A stretch of 64,000 nt of DNA from Callorhinchus milii. Its lineage: Eukaryota. This document shows, one piece after another, positions 1-12,140 of the stretch. The first letter of the stretch is position 1. The number at the start of each line of letters is the position of its first letter. Below the pieces are notes generated by a model, which was given only the letters and a program-made list of their open reading frames with translations, was not told the origin of the DNA and made no database searches. The stretch is from positions 82,028,001 through 82,092,000 of the forward strand of contig NW_024704743.1 of the NCBI RefSeq assembly GCF_018977255.1, given 5' to 3'. The translations under genes were made by a program, and so were the position numbers.

Positions 1-180
1 TCATTTTACATATTCAAGACTGAGATCGATAGATTTTTAAAAACTAAAGGGATTAAGGGATATGGGGATAGAGCTGATAAATGGAATTAAGTTAGAAGAT
101 CAGCCATGATCTGATTAAATGGTGGGGCAAGCTCGAGAGGCTGAATGGACTACTCCTGGTCCTATTTCTTATGTTTTTCT
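1..180 (+). mobile_element. CR1-type LINE 3' end
   Basis: TTCAAGACTGAGATCGATAGATTTTT...GATCAGCCATGATCT...GGCTGAATGG..TACTCCTG terminal motif; same family as 16540-17070. Confidence 0.8.
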
Positions 181-474
181 GTTATTAAAAGTTTTATATG
201 GAATAGGAGCTATTTTAAAGGCATATTAAGATTACTTATTTAAGGTATTTGTCATAAAGCACTTCGAGATGCTACCCACGTGAAGGGTGCTATATAAATG
301 CAAGTTGTTGTTAATAAATGTTTTTATGAAATTTTACAAAGATCATTTGCATGTTTCGTAAATATCGATGTATCTCCACATTGTATCTATCAAACCATCT
401 GATCACACTTCACCTCATTACTGAGCAGTAACTGAAATCTAGTGCTCACAAAATCCTGAATCCTTTCACTTAAG

Positions 475-636
475 GTACTTGGCCAATCATTGGTCTGTCT
501 GGACATCACTTTGGCAGCAGCCAGTAAATCAAGAGTTATTAGTTTCCAGAACCAGTACAAAGTTCCCTCTCTGCTTGGGGTCCTATCAGTACAGCAGATT
601 TCAGCTATTAGAGGCACTGCCATGTATGGTTCAAAG
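475..636 (+). CDS. Putative exon, phase 0-0, VLGQSLVCL...QYKVPSLLGVLSVQQISAIRGTAMYGSK
   Basis: Acceptor tcctttcacttaag|, donor AAG|GTCATG, 162 nt open. YKVPSLL...AIR.....SK(D) resembles the DHC_N2 start FTLG.LL...I.EI...ASKE. Confidence 0.55.
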
Positions 637-2439
637 GTCATGTTGCATTCAGATCCTCAATTCTCCGAGGACCCTGAAACATAAAGGCAAGATTTATTGC
701 CAATTGTGATTCCTGTTAAATGAGTGTCATCAAACCTGGTCATCATTTACTGGTTGTCATTAATCTGATAGTTTTGATCTTCGCAGTTGGATTAAAATTG
801 ACAGGTGGGTGGCAGAAAATCCTTCTAACTAAATCAAGCTGTGAGGCCCACATTAGAAGGACTTTTCACACAGATACCCAACAGTTGGCCGCAGGCTTGA
901 GATCTGTTACTATTTATTCTTCCCCATCTTGCACACGCTATTTTGTTTGTAACTTTATTGTTTTGTGTCCAGGCATGATCCTGACAGAAGGAAAATAAAC
1001 AAGAACTTTCCACCATTTTGTTACCTCTGCCAGAGAGAGCTGCAACAGGACTGATCACAAAGAGATCCTTTTCATATTTCCTCACTCATACCAGTCTTTT
1101 CAGGATTAGATTGTTTCCTGAAGGAGGAAACACCCCAGTTGCTTCCTCAACCAAAACAAATAATGTTAAAGATTGTTTAGGTCTCGCCATCGCTTTTCAT
1201 CTTTAAATCATCAAAATGTTTTTCATCTGGGCTTGATAAACCCAGCAATGCTCTGGAATTTGAATTAGGGGTCAGGCTGCTTATAAAGGCATCAAACCAT
1301 TCCAACAAACAGTAGGGATGAGATGGAGTGAGAATGCCTAGAGGAAATTATTATGTTTGTCTAGTCATTACTTTATAATCAACAACACCAACTTGCATCT
1401 TTAAATAGCAACCTTCATCTACCTTGGGTAACAGTTTGCAGCAATTCACAAATACAGTGTTGGACATCTGGGAAGGAAGGGGGAGGGGAGTTGACCATAG
1501 GTGCAATGGGAGTGCGGGAATTCAAACTTCAGTAAAGATAAATTTGGTTCACAATTTTCAGCCGTATGATAGGCAGTTCCTTAATTATGGAATGTAATGT
1601 GTTTAGGAATATAAGAATTTTCCTATCAGTAACTGTTAGGCCACAGTGGGAACTGACACATGTTGACTCACTGAGAGTGGAACCTTACCAAACCCACACC
1701 CAACAGGCGGATGCACAAACACCCAGACCAACACAGGCACTTTCCAGCATGAGAATTTCCCCCTCCCCCGTACTGTTTTAATCTCCAAAATCAGCATTTC
1801 AAAGCAATTGATCTTTAACATCCACCAAGACAAGACCTCAGAAAATGTTAATATTTCTTCGAAAGGATCCCAATTCTGACAATGCAGGGTTTCCCCAGCT
1901 TTTGCATTATGGTGTCAGCCTAGCCGATGGGAGTCAGAAACCCAACATGGAACTTGAAACCACAACCTTCTGACTCAGAGGTGAGAGGACTGCCAACAGA
2001 GCCAGAAGGAAGGTTTTTCATAGTTTTTATAAAGATCTGAGCCGATTATCAGCCTGAGTCAGTTGGCAGCTTGCTTGGGTCTGAGTCAGAATGTTGTGGG
2101 AACATCAGGACTTTACTTTGACTTATACTCTAGGTTGACACTGTAATACCGTAGTTGTTAGAGGTGCTATCCTTTTGATGAGATGCTAAACTGTAAACCA
2201 CAGAATAAAAAAAACTGATACAATCATTAAACTGAAAAAATAAACATGCCAATAAAACAGATTTTGAGGAAAGAGTTGAGAAAAATGTACACACTAAGTT
2301 ATGAAAATGCAGAAAGTATTGAAATCTCCATCCCACAATCAGATCAAGTGTTCATTGTGCCTGCTATCCACATAAGATATAACTCAGGCCAAGAAGTCTA
2401 TATTTAAAGTAAATTAGAACATGTCTGTACAACCGTCAG

Positions 2440-2628
2440 GATATGACTGAGAACAAAAATTTCATCCCCAATGGTATATTTTTGCCGTTGTATAATGATA
2501 AGCTTAAGCCAATACATTTCAAAGGATTGTGTTTGTCTGCCTGTTGTCAGAATGCTCTGATTGAAGTAGCAGCCTACACCTCGCTGTGTGATAGACTCCC
2601 AACCATTCAGGCACATCATTCAGTGAAG
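2440..2628 (+). CDS. Putative exon, phase 0-0, DMTENKNF...PTIQAHHSVK
   Basis: Acceptor ccgtcag| (weak pyrimidine tract), donor AAG|GTACGT, 189 nt open, phase-compatible with both neighbours. Confidence 0.55.
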
Positions 2629-3233
2629 GTACGTGGAGCAGAGCACGACTTTCATGGGCTCTTTCTGGTTCACAAGCCTTGAAGGAGCCAGCTGTGCGGA
2701 TGTAAGAAATACAATGTAAAGACCTTGTGATCGGGTAATTAAACTCATTTACTTTGCTGGGTAAATATGTATCTTTTTTTCCCCGCACGGCAATTTTCAC
2801 TATCCAGGCCAATTTACTGTGACTTTATGAATGAGTAAACCATTTTATTTTAAAATGCAATATTCAATTGTGGATCATTTTTAGCTGTATGGGGTGAGCT
2901 TACATTAGAACCACATGAACAAAATTAATCAAAGTCATATTTACTCAAGCAATTTACCTCAGAGTAGATCTTATGGAGCTTTGAATATGCCTACAAAAAT
3001 ATACAGTCACAACACTTTGCATGAATCATGTGAAGAGCTTTTTTGTGGGGAGGAGGGAACACTGTATTGTCAGAATTGCCATCCTTCAGATAAAATGTTA
3101 AACTGAGAAACTCTGTGAATCACTTTGAGGTGTTTTGACACGGTAAAGTCCTATTTAAAATCCAAAGATTATTTCTTATTATTATTACTATTATAAAAGC
3201 TATGAGCGTTGTATGTGAAATTGAGACATGCAA

Positions 3234-3445
3234 ATAATAATAAAAATAATAATAATCCTTGCATTTGATATAGCGCTTTTCACATCGGGAGGACGTCCCA
3301 AAGCGCTTCACAGAACACACTGTAAAGTGAATTGACTGTATATTTGTGGGCGAACGCGGCAGCCAATTGCGCACAGCAATGTCCCACAAACAGTCATAGA
3401 TTGAAAATGACCAATTTATTATTATTTTTATTTTTTTGGAGGGAT
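3234..3445 (-). mobile_element. tRNA-derived SINE, 3' half
   Basis: Matches the 3' part of full copies (e.g. 62855-63160); (TTA)n tail. Confidence 0.85.
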
Positions 3446-3951
3446 CAATAACAAGAACCATGTCAATAAGTAAGGTTAAAGAGCTTTAAGAGTTGTAGAA
3501 AAATGTATAAGCTTTAAAAATTGAACAATAAAAATGTACATTGTATGAATTTTAAACAGTTTTAGTGACCTTCAGTTTAAGACAATGGGAAGGAAGGGGT
3601 CAGACACAGCTTTTACAGAATTCCCAGACAAGACATAGTCTGGAGAATACTCCAAAATAGAAGCCACTCCAGACAGTCATCATCCCAGTCTATACCAGTC
3701 TGCCTTTTGGAACGATTACATCTCTCTTGATAAACAAGGAAAAAAAGAGAGGGAGTTGATCAGATAAAAGTGAACTCAGCCAAAAGTGGATATAAGTTAG
3801 AAGCCTGCTATAGACTCAGATAGAAAAGGAACAGACTGTCTCCCTAGATTTCTGCTGGTGTAAATGTGCCTGTGTCTGAGCTCCAACAGCCATGTCCGTA
3901 CTAAACCCAACCAGGGTTGGTCAGTATTTTACCATAATGCCGGTGGCTATT

Positions 3952-5518
3952 GTTCTAACTACCGGCCCATCTCCAACCTCGCTTTTCTTTCAAAGGTCCT
4001 TGAAAGAGTCGTTGCTTCCCAGCTTCACTCATTCTTCTCCTACCACTCCCTTCACGAGCCCCTCCAATTGGGTTTCCGTGCTGCTCACGTTTTCTCAGTT
4101 TAACATTTTATCTGAAGGATGGCAATTCTGACAGTGTTCCCTCCTCCCCACAACAAAGCTCTTCACATGATTCATGCAAAGTGTGCTGGTCACAGCACGG
4201 AAACTGCCTGATCAAGGTGACAAATGACATTTTGTCCATCTGTGACCAGGGCTTCCTCTGCCTCCTCGTCATCCTCGAACTCTCTGCTGCCTTCGATCCC
4301 GTGGACCACTCCACCCTCCTCCACCGCCTCTTCTCTCTCCTCAACCTTCAAAATTCTGTCCTTGAATGGTTCAGGTGAATCTCACACTGCCTCCAATTTG
4401 TCTCCGCCAACGGTTTCTCTTCCAGCCCCCACACAATCTTGTGAGGTGTTCCTCAGGGCTCTTCCCTCAGTCCCCTCCTCTTCAACCTCTACATGCTCCC
4501 CCTTGGTGACATTATCTGCAGACATGGGGTCAACTTTCACATATACGTGGATGACACCCAACTCTATATCTCTGCCTCCACCCTCAATTCCAGGACAACT
4601 GACGCCCTGACAGACTGTCTGTCTGATATCAAGTCCTGGATAAGAGCCAACTTTCTAAAGCTGAATTTCAGCAAGACTGAGGCCCTCTTGATTGGCTCAT
4701 GCCACTGCCTCAGCACCTCAGGCACTGGCAGCATCAACATCTACGGTTGCACACTCCACCTCACCAAGCCAGTCAGGAATCTGGGCATCTTGTTCGACCC
4801 TCAACTGTCCTTTCTTCCCCATATCCATGCCATGACCCACTCTGCCTTCCCCCACCTCTGTAACATTGTCCAAGTCTGCCACTGCCTCATCCCTCAGGCC
4901 GCCGAAACCCTCATACATGCATTCGTCACCTCAAGGCTCGACTACGGAAACTCCCTCCTTGTTGGCCTTTCCGACTCTTTCCTCCACAAACTGCAGATCA
5001 TCCAGAACTCTGCAGCTCATGTCCTCTCCTACACCAGGCTTCATGACCACATCACCCCCAACCTCGCGCGGCTCCACTGGCTCCCCATCCCTCAGAGGAT
5101 AGAATTCAAAATACTCATCCTCACTTTCAAGGCACTCCATGGCCTTGCCCACTCCTACATCTCTGACCTGTTGACCCCCTATCAACCTGACCGCTCCTTC
5201 TGCTCAGCGGGCTCCGGCATGCTCCAGGTCTCCCGCCCGACCTGTCATACCATCAGCGGCGGGCTTTCAGCCTCTCTGCCCCCATCCTTTGGACCTCCAT
5301 CCCACAAGCTCTTTGCCTTGCTCCCTCTCTTGCCTCCATCAAGGCCTGACTCAAGACCCTCCTTTTTGATCATGCCTTCAGCCACCCTCCTACCCCCTCT
5401 GCCCTCTCTCATCCCAACCCTGCCCCTCAAGCTCGGGTCCTGATCCCCAACTGTTCAGCACCTTGGGATGTCCTCCCGACGTGAAAGGCGTTTTACAAAT
5501 GTAATGCTTGTTGTTGCT
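3952..5518 (+). mobile_element. 5'-truncated L2-clade LINE (RT domain to 3' end), decayed
   Basis: NYRPISNLAFLSKVLE, LSAAFDPVDH, HIYVDDTQLY, TSRLDYGNSLL, LHWLPI.QRIEFK motifs (ORFs 3864, 4181, 4493); 3' stem-loop and (TTG)n tail. Confidence 0.95.
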
Positions 5519-6024
5519 TATGTTTGAGCCTAGACAATGAACGTCACCAGCCTGTTAGACTATCAAGTCATCCTGAGTCCAATCTATTCTCATCTACATC
5601 AGATGCCATAAACCTATCACACAGCCCTGGCCAGGCTTCACTGTCTGCCAGGCTCCCAGCAGATCAATTTCAACATTTTCACCATCACCTACAAATCCTT
5701 TCATGCCCTAGCACCTCTCTATCTCCTATCTCTCTGATTGTCTCCACCACTTGGCTAGCTTGGGTTTGCTGCATATCCCACACACTATCTGCACCACTAT
5801 TGGTTGCTCAGAGTTCAGATTCTACATCGCTAACCTCTGAACTCCTCTCCCTTTCTCTCATCCCCTCCATGTATCGTGCTTTAAAACCTACCCCTTTAAA
5901 CCACGCCTATGTTCACCTCACCCCTCCTCGTTCCATGCTCGGCATCTGAGCTTGTTAAGCTCTCCGATACTTTACTCTACGTGAAGGGCGCTAAATACAA
6001 GTTGTTGTTGGATTCCTCTTGTTA

Positions 6025-6225
6025 TGTGATATCCACACATGTGCGCTTTCTAGGAAGTCACACTGGATAGAGAACAAGAGCTCCTACTCATTTTCCTTCC
6101 ACTAGCCCAGAGAAAATATGGTCAATTTTAGTGCAACCAATGTTGGCCTGTCTAAAATCGGCCAAGTCAGCACAGATTGGGAATCTTGCTGGTCTGTCTG
6201 TCTCAGATTCACAGACCATATTTGG
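6025..6225 (-). mobile_element. Old AmnSINE2-like SINE fragment
   Basis: Similar to 11520-11720, 15535-15780, 32380-32545, 35650-35940; family name from memory of the consensus. Confidence 0.5.
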
Positions 6226-6390
6226 TGTTAAAACGTGACCTCATACACTATGTGTCATGAATTTACAATCTGCTTTCAGCTTATTGAATGCCCTCAATAT
6301 CAACATTGCTCTGTAAGCTAACTCCCTCCTCCAGGGGCACCCAAAAATGGCTTCTAGTCAGACTGTGCAGTGTGCATTGACTTTTTATAG

Positions 6391-6823
6391 GTGCAAACCA
6401 TTGATCAGATAGTTGAGCTCCAGGAAAAGCACTCGCAATCTTTTCTTTGGATGAAAAATATGAATAGTTTTTCAGACGATAATATTTTCCAATTCCAATT
6501 CTTTAGTAGGGCAGATAAAATGCTGAATACCGATCCAGAGTGCAAGGATTCAATGAAGTTAGAAAAAAACAATGAAGTCAAAATATTCACAATAGCACAG
6601 TCCAAGATCCTTTTAAACACAGTCTCTCTACCAAAGGTTGATTTCTCTTTTAATGCTTATGTTTCCTCTCCCCCAGTTATCCTTCTCTTAGCACACATTC
6701 GCATTATTCTGATAAACACATGTGCTGGAATCAGTGTGTTCTTCAGAAATCAGAACTATTCAGTTCAAAAATGCGAGGATGGGAGTTTTGATACCTCTGG
6801 GGAAAAATTTCAATATAAATACT
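6391..6823 (+). CDS. Putative exon VQTIDQIVELQEKHSQSFLWMKNM...; 3' end uncertain (6636 or 6823)
   Basis: Acceptor gactttttatag|; 146-codon open frame; candidate donors AAG|GTTGAT after 6636 or ACT|GTAAAT after 6823. K-VQTIDQIVELQEKHSQSFLWMKNM is in register with dynein K-LSLIQEVLEEWLNCQRSWLYLEPI. Confidence 0.55.
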
Positions 6824-6825
6824 GT

Positions 6826-7165
6826 AAATAATAATAATATAGCGCTTTTCACACGTTCGAGGCATGTCAAAGTACTTCACAGAATATACAGTAAAGTGAA
6901 TTGACTGTATAGTTGTGGGCAAAACATGGCAGCTAATTGCACACAGCAGTGTCCCACACACAGTCATGGATTGAGTGACCAAATTATTATCGCTTTTTTT
7001 TGAGGGATTATTGTTCCCAGAAAAGCGATCCGCCAATCGACTAGCAACTGGATTCCTACTTACTGTTAGGTAAATAGAGGCGTGTGGAGTAAGGAACCTC
7101 GTCCAACATTTCGCCCTGCCGGGAATCGAATCCAGGTCTCTCGCTTGCGAGGCAAGTGCTCTGTA
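6826..7165 (-). mobile_element. tRNA-Ala-derived SINE, near full length (long variant)
   Basis: B-box region GGATTCGATTCCCGG on the minus strand, shared body, L2-like 3' end. Confidence 0.9.
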
Positions 7166-7386
7166 GTTCATTAACTGCAAACACCGTAGAAAAAGGATCT
7201 CATGCACCTTCACTAGGAACAGAACATTCTGAGATCCTCGGATGAAAAATTGCACTGAACAAGTCCGTTGTTTTCTCTCTTTTAGGTGTAAGAAGATTCT
7301 CATACACAAGACTATAAAATTATCTCAACAAGCACATCACAAAATGAGTACAATCTTTAAGAAGCATGCCGATAGGCAAGATACTT

Positions 7387-7590
7387 GGTGAGAAATTCCA
7401 CCTAGGAATAAATAAATAGATTTATCTATTTATGTAGCATTTTGGAGCATCCAGAATTTGGCAAATTGAATTCAGCCTTAACTTCAAGGCCATTTTTCTA
7501 GTTCCCAGCAGAACTTATGAAGAAATAGCTTCAAAATAAGGGGCTGTGTTTAAAAATTTAAACTCAAGGCATAATTTCTCCCCAACAGTC
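7387..7590. mobile_element. Palindromic MITE-like element, partly deleted
   Basis: GGTGAGAAATTCCACCT start shared with 41909; end AATTTCTCCCC; internal GAATTTGGCAAATT shared with 17075, 37212, 42140. Confidence 0.65.
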
Positions 7591-7918
7591 ATAAAATGGA
7601 TAATATAATAACAAAATGAATAAGCTTAGAGAGTGTTTGATAATCCAGTTAAGAATTGCAAACATTACTTTTTAACTCAAAGTTTTGTTTGGGGGTGTGT
7701 TAGTTTCAGGCACATTTTCAATGTACATAATGGAAAAAATATGTTTACAAACAGCAAAATAAATCGTATTACAAAACTGATAGTGGGATTTGTTCCCTGA
7801 TGTAAGGATGAAAGGCGACATAAATAAGGGTGATTCAAGTCTCTAGGTGAAAGAATAAAATAAATCAGATATGTCAATTCAGGAACTGAGTTGGATCCAA
7901 TTTGAATCCTCTTCACAG

Positions 7919-8067
7919 ACTTTTCGTCTCCTGAGCAAATCTGTACTTTTATTCTGCCTCATTGCAGATGTCCAGATAGATTGATGCCTTACTGGCAATG
8001 CAATCTGAGCAGGGTACATATTGTTCCAAATACTGTATTGCACCTCAGAGAGCTTGGGGCTCACTGT
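7919..8067 (+). CDS. Putative exon (Y)FSSPEQICTFILPHCRCPDRLMPYWQCNLSRV...LGAHC
   Basis: Acceptor cctcttcacag|, donor TGT|GTGAGG. Open in phase 1 to 0, which joins the 6823 donor to the 11997 acceptor. Resembles dynein YFLS.EELL.IL...R.P..VQPH. Confidence 0.45.
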
Positions 8068-8424
8068 GTGAGGGGACAGTATGGAAAACATTACGCTCAC
8101 TCAAATAATTAACCCTTTCACTCCATGAGTTTCAATAATAATCTTTGCGTTTGATATAACTTTTTATCTTGGCATCAAAACTTCTCAAGGTCCTTCACAG
8201 GATTTACTGTAAACAATAACAACAACAAAATGCCATTAGTAAAGCGCCTTTCACGTCAGGAGGACATTCCAGTGCACTAAAGTGTAGTTACTGTTTATTT
8301 TGTAGGTGAATGTGATGGCCAATTTGCTCACCAATCACCAACGGCCATGAAATAAATGATGAATTTTATCTGGGAGATAAAATTTTCTTTTTATGGATAA
8401 TGCCATGGAATGTTTAATATTTGT

Positions 8425-8807
8425 GGAGTCCTGTAGCGTATTGTTTAGAGCACTTGCCTCACAAGCAAGAGGACTTGGGTTCAATTCTGGGCAGGGCAAA
8501 ACATTAGGTAAGTTTCCTTACTCCATATGCCTCTGTTTACCTAGAAGTAAGTAGGAACCTGGTTATTAGTCAATTGGCAGATCATTTTTCTGGGATAATA
8601 ATCCCTTCAAAAAAAAATTTAAATTCTAATTTGGTCACTCCATCCACGACTGTTTGTGGGACACTGTTGTGTGCAATTGGCTGCCACGTTTCACCCACAA
8701 AATATACAGTCAATGCACTTTACGGTATATTCTGTGAAGCGATTTGACACGTCTAGAAGACGTGATAAGGCTCTATACCAAATGCAAGGATTATTATTAT
8801 TATTATG
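8425..8807 (+). mobile_element. tRNA-Ala-derived SINE, full length (long variant)
   Basis: GGAGTCCTGTAGC head to GCAAGGATTATTATT tail. Confidence 0.9.
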
Positions 8808-9659
8808 ATTCCACATCTCAAAGTCACCACTTGGCAGATTACCTATATTTTGTTGTTTGCTTATGTGACATTTCTTTTTCCTGTAGAAAAGACGTCATCC
8901 AACCCCCCCCCCCTCCCCTCCCCACACCCAAGTGAGGATGAGTGATAGACTGAAGCAATAGCTATCTGTCTTCCAACTTTCCTTTCTTGTCTCCTACTCT
9001 CAATACCATGCAATATGAGCACCATTAGTGAGATTTTCTGGAATTCATTCCCAGTCTTAGTTATTTCTAGTTAATTTATCAAATACAAGGATTATTATTA
9101 CTAACGCGAAAAAAAATCTCTGCCTGAACAGACCATAGAAGATGGGACCTCAGTTTCACGTCTCATCTGAAGGTTGGCAGCGCACCCGCAGAATTGCATT
9201 GGTGCATAAACTATATGAATTCAAACTTCTGATGTGGGGCTGGAACCCACAACCTTCTGACTCAGAGGAGGCAATAGTGTACCAACTGAGACAAAATATC
9301 CAGTTTGCTCTCTCCTTGCAAAAAGATAGGCTATTTGTGTAGCAAAAGAAATAAAATATTCATGAGAGCTGCTGTAAAGTGTAATTGTGGTGTTACATTC
9401 TACCCAAGTGCAAACGCCATAGAAGAATCAGTGTCTTAAAGGCCAAGACTGTTATTTGTCAACTCTGTTCCTGGTTATTTGTAGAATAATATAAATATTT
9501 GACTCACTGGTTGGAATTTTAATTATTCAACTGGTGCAACTGCTACAATAAGATCTATGTTGCCAAGACACTATAATAACACAGTATCTGAGAGCAGTGC
9601 TGTACCCACTTTCTCAAGACTGTTCATTTTAATTCCCAGTTTATCAGTATTCACTATTT

Positions 9660-9955
9660 ATTTGCCTCGCAAGCGAGAGACCTGGGTTTGATTCCCAGAA
9701 GGGCGAAACCTTGGACAAGTTTCCTTATTCCACACGCCTGACAATAATCCCTCAAGAAGAAGAAAAAAAAAGTAATAAAAAATTGGTTACTTCAATCCAC
9801 GATTGCTTGTGGAACACTACTGTGCACAATTGGCTGCCGAGTCTTGTCCACAAAAATACAGTCAATTCACTTTACAGTATATTCTGTGAAGCACTTTGAG
9901 ACATCTAGAAGACGTGAAAAGTGCTATATCAAATGCAAAGATTATTATTTTATTA
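9660..9955 (+). mobile_element. tRNA-derived SINE (short variant, 5'-truncated)
   Basis: GCCTCGCAAGCGAGAGACCTGGGTTTGATTCCC head remnant plus body and tail. Confidence 0.85.
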
Positions 9956-10299
9956 TATATTTTGCATTTGCTATTAATTGCATTTATTTTCACTCTACCT
10001 CCTTTAAGACAACAGATTTCCTTTATTATACTACAGTATTCCATTCAACTTGTTTTTAAAACACCTTTTCTCCTCCTATTCCCACTTCTCCCAATAACCC
10101 AATTTCACGACAAGAAGACTGTTAAAGTTAACATGAATTGTGACCAATCCAGTAATAAAGGCTTCACAAGACAAGCTAAAACAAAGTGACCATTTAGTAC
10201 TGACCCAATATTACAAGTACATGGGAACAAGAGAAGCACAAGAAACGAGGAAATTGGGATCTCTTGTCAGTCAGAGTAAAAGGAAAATTAGCAGGTCAA

Positions 10300-11315
10300 T
10301 AATGATAATAATAATGTCTTGCATTTGATATAGCAACATATCACGTCGTTGAGACATCTCAAAGCGCTTCACAGAATATAATGTGAAGTGAATTGACTGT
10401 GTTTTGCAGCAAACCCGGCTACCAATTGCCCATTGCAGTGTCCCACAAAGAAACATGGATTGAGTGACCCCAATAAAAAAAATTTGCAGAGAGATTATTA
10501 CCCCTGGAAAGCAACAATAACAAAATTACATTTAGAGAGCGCCTTTCACGTCGGGAGGATGTCCCAAAGCGCTGGACAGTTAGGTGTCGAGGCCCGAGCA
10601 TGGGGGAGGGGTGGTGCAGGGGTGAGGGAAGGCAGAGAGGTGGGAGGGAGATCAAAGGCATGGTCGAAGAGAAGGATCTTGAGACCAGTCTTGAAGGAGG
10701 CAAGGGAGGAAGCGAGATGAAGGGATGCAATCCACCAACTGATTAACAACTGGGTTCCTACTTACTGCTAGGTAAACAGAGGCATGTGGAGTAAGGAACC
10801 TTGCCTAAGGTTTCGCCCCACCCAGAATCAAACTCAGGTCCTTTCAATTGCAAGAAGTGGGGACAGGGGGAAGGAGTTCCAAAGGGTGGGGATGGAGAAG
10901 TTGAAGGGCCAACCGCCGATGGTGGGGAGGGCCAGGTGTGCAACGTGGAGCAAGCAGAAGCATGCTGAGCGGAGAGAGTGGACAGATTGATATGGGGTTA
11001 GCGGGTCACAGAGGAAGGAAGGAGTAAGACCATGGAGGGTCTTGAAGGCGAGGACAAGCATTTTGAATTCTATTCTCTGACGGATGGGGAGCCAGTGGAA
11101 CTGAGCGAGGGTGGGGGTGATAGGGTCATAGAGCCTGGTGCGGGAGAGAACATGAGTTGCAGCATTCTGGATGATCTGCAGCTTGTGGAGGGAAGAGTTG
11201 GGAAGGCCGACAAGCAGGGAGTTGGCATAGTCGAACCTAGAGGTAATAAATGCACGAATGAGGCTTTCAACAGCCTGAGAGGAGACGCAGTGGCGGATCC
11301 GGGTGATGTTAACAA
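10300..11315 (-). mobile_element. Interleaved SINE/L2 chimera
   Basis: SINE 3' part 10300-10514, L2 3' end 10511-10726, SINE 5' part 10727-10858, L2 continuation 10859-11315, all on the minus strand. Confidence 0.85.
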
Positions 11316-11519
11316 CTATGCTACGGGACACCACAAAGTATAGTACATAAGTATACAAAGTAAAGTGAACCTGGGGAGCCTCAGCTCCTCTAGTGGTTTA
11401 AAATTACAGTTAGTTAGTTCAGCCCCAAAGATGTAATAGATAGAGCTGCAGCTGGCAAACTGGGAGCTCACTGGTGCAAATCCACGTCTCTAATAAGCAC
11501 AGGCTGCATGAGAATGTTA

Positions 11520-11720
11520 CATTCACACCAGCCTTCCCAGGGTTAGGGGAGGGAAAACCAACCAGGGTTCCTACTCCTGCTCCCTCTTCAGTAACCTCGA
11601 CTGGGTGTGTGTTCTTGGAGTAGTCAGGAGAAGGAGATGTCAGGCTTGGCTGTGGCACCGTCTTCAGTCGAGTGGTTTGCTAGTACTCAATGCCATGGCT
11701 CACATGTGAACAATGGTTAA
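11520..11720 (+). mobile_element. AmnSINE2-like SINE fragment
   Basis: GGGTTAGGGGAGGGAAAACCAACCAGGGTTCCTACTCCTG...GGCTTGGCTGTG...GGCTCACATGTGAACAATGG. Confidence 0.55.
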
Positions 11721-11996
11721 TTGAATGGGAAACCTCAGAGAAACAAGCACAGGATTAACACAATATACCAATGGGGAGGAAACAAGAAAAATAATTGGAC
11801 AGAATGAAAGTTTGAAAAAAGAAACTTCTGATGCAATAATAAGGGAGCAAAATTTGCGGTTTTGTTTACTCTGCCTATACACCGAGGATAGGTTAAGGGA
11901 TGTGGAATTTCCTGAATTAAACTTCCTAATATGGATTTACAATTCACCTACAAATACCCAGTCATTATACTGACTGAGATTTTCTTGATATTATAG

Positions 11997-12140
11997 GCAC
12001 TATCTCAAATACAAGGATTGCATTACAACCACATTACTGGCCAACTCCAGGAATCTGACCACAGAAAATCAGTTTGCTACTTGCAGCCAACTGACCAGGA
12101 GAAACCAGCTGATTGGGAATCAGATACTGAGAGCAGTGTG
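11997..12140 (+). CDS. Putative exon ALSQIQGLHYNHITGQLQE...KPADWESDTESSV
   Basis: Acceptor ttttcttgatattatag|; two consensus donors (GTG|GTGAGT after 12140, TAG|GTAAGT after 12150); 144 nt open. DWESDTESSV resembles the DHC_N2 end VEDWL..VE.SM. Confidence 0.55.

Noticed and set aside
390..674. Minus-strand 83-aa ORF with a good upstream acceptor (atcttgcctttatgtttcag)
   Set aside because: It overlaps the + strand exon that joins a phase-consistent chain, and no partner minus-strand exons were found. Not fully excluded.
4493..5443. 316-aa ORF as a host gene or active RT
   Set aside because: It is the C-terminal part of a 5'-truncated L2 ORF2, with frameshifts upstream and near the end.
6743..7309. 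188-aa minus-strand ORF and similar ORFs containing [11 protein letters not shown] / [12 protein letters not shown] / KCKDYYYY
   Set aside because: These are translations of the SINE body and (TTA)n tail, repeated many times in the window.
7286..7387. Extra exon with a strong acceptor (ttttctctcttttag)
   Set aside because: The apparent donor GTGAGA is the MITE terminus, and the phase-0 frame has three stops. It could still be a decayed exon, but it is too uncertain to list.
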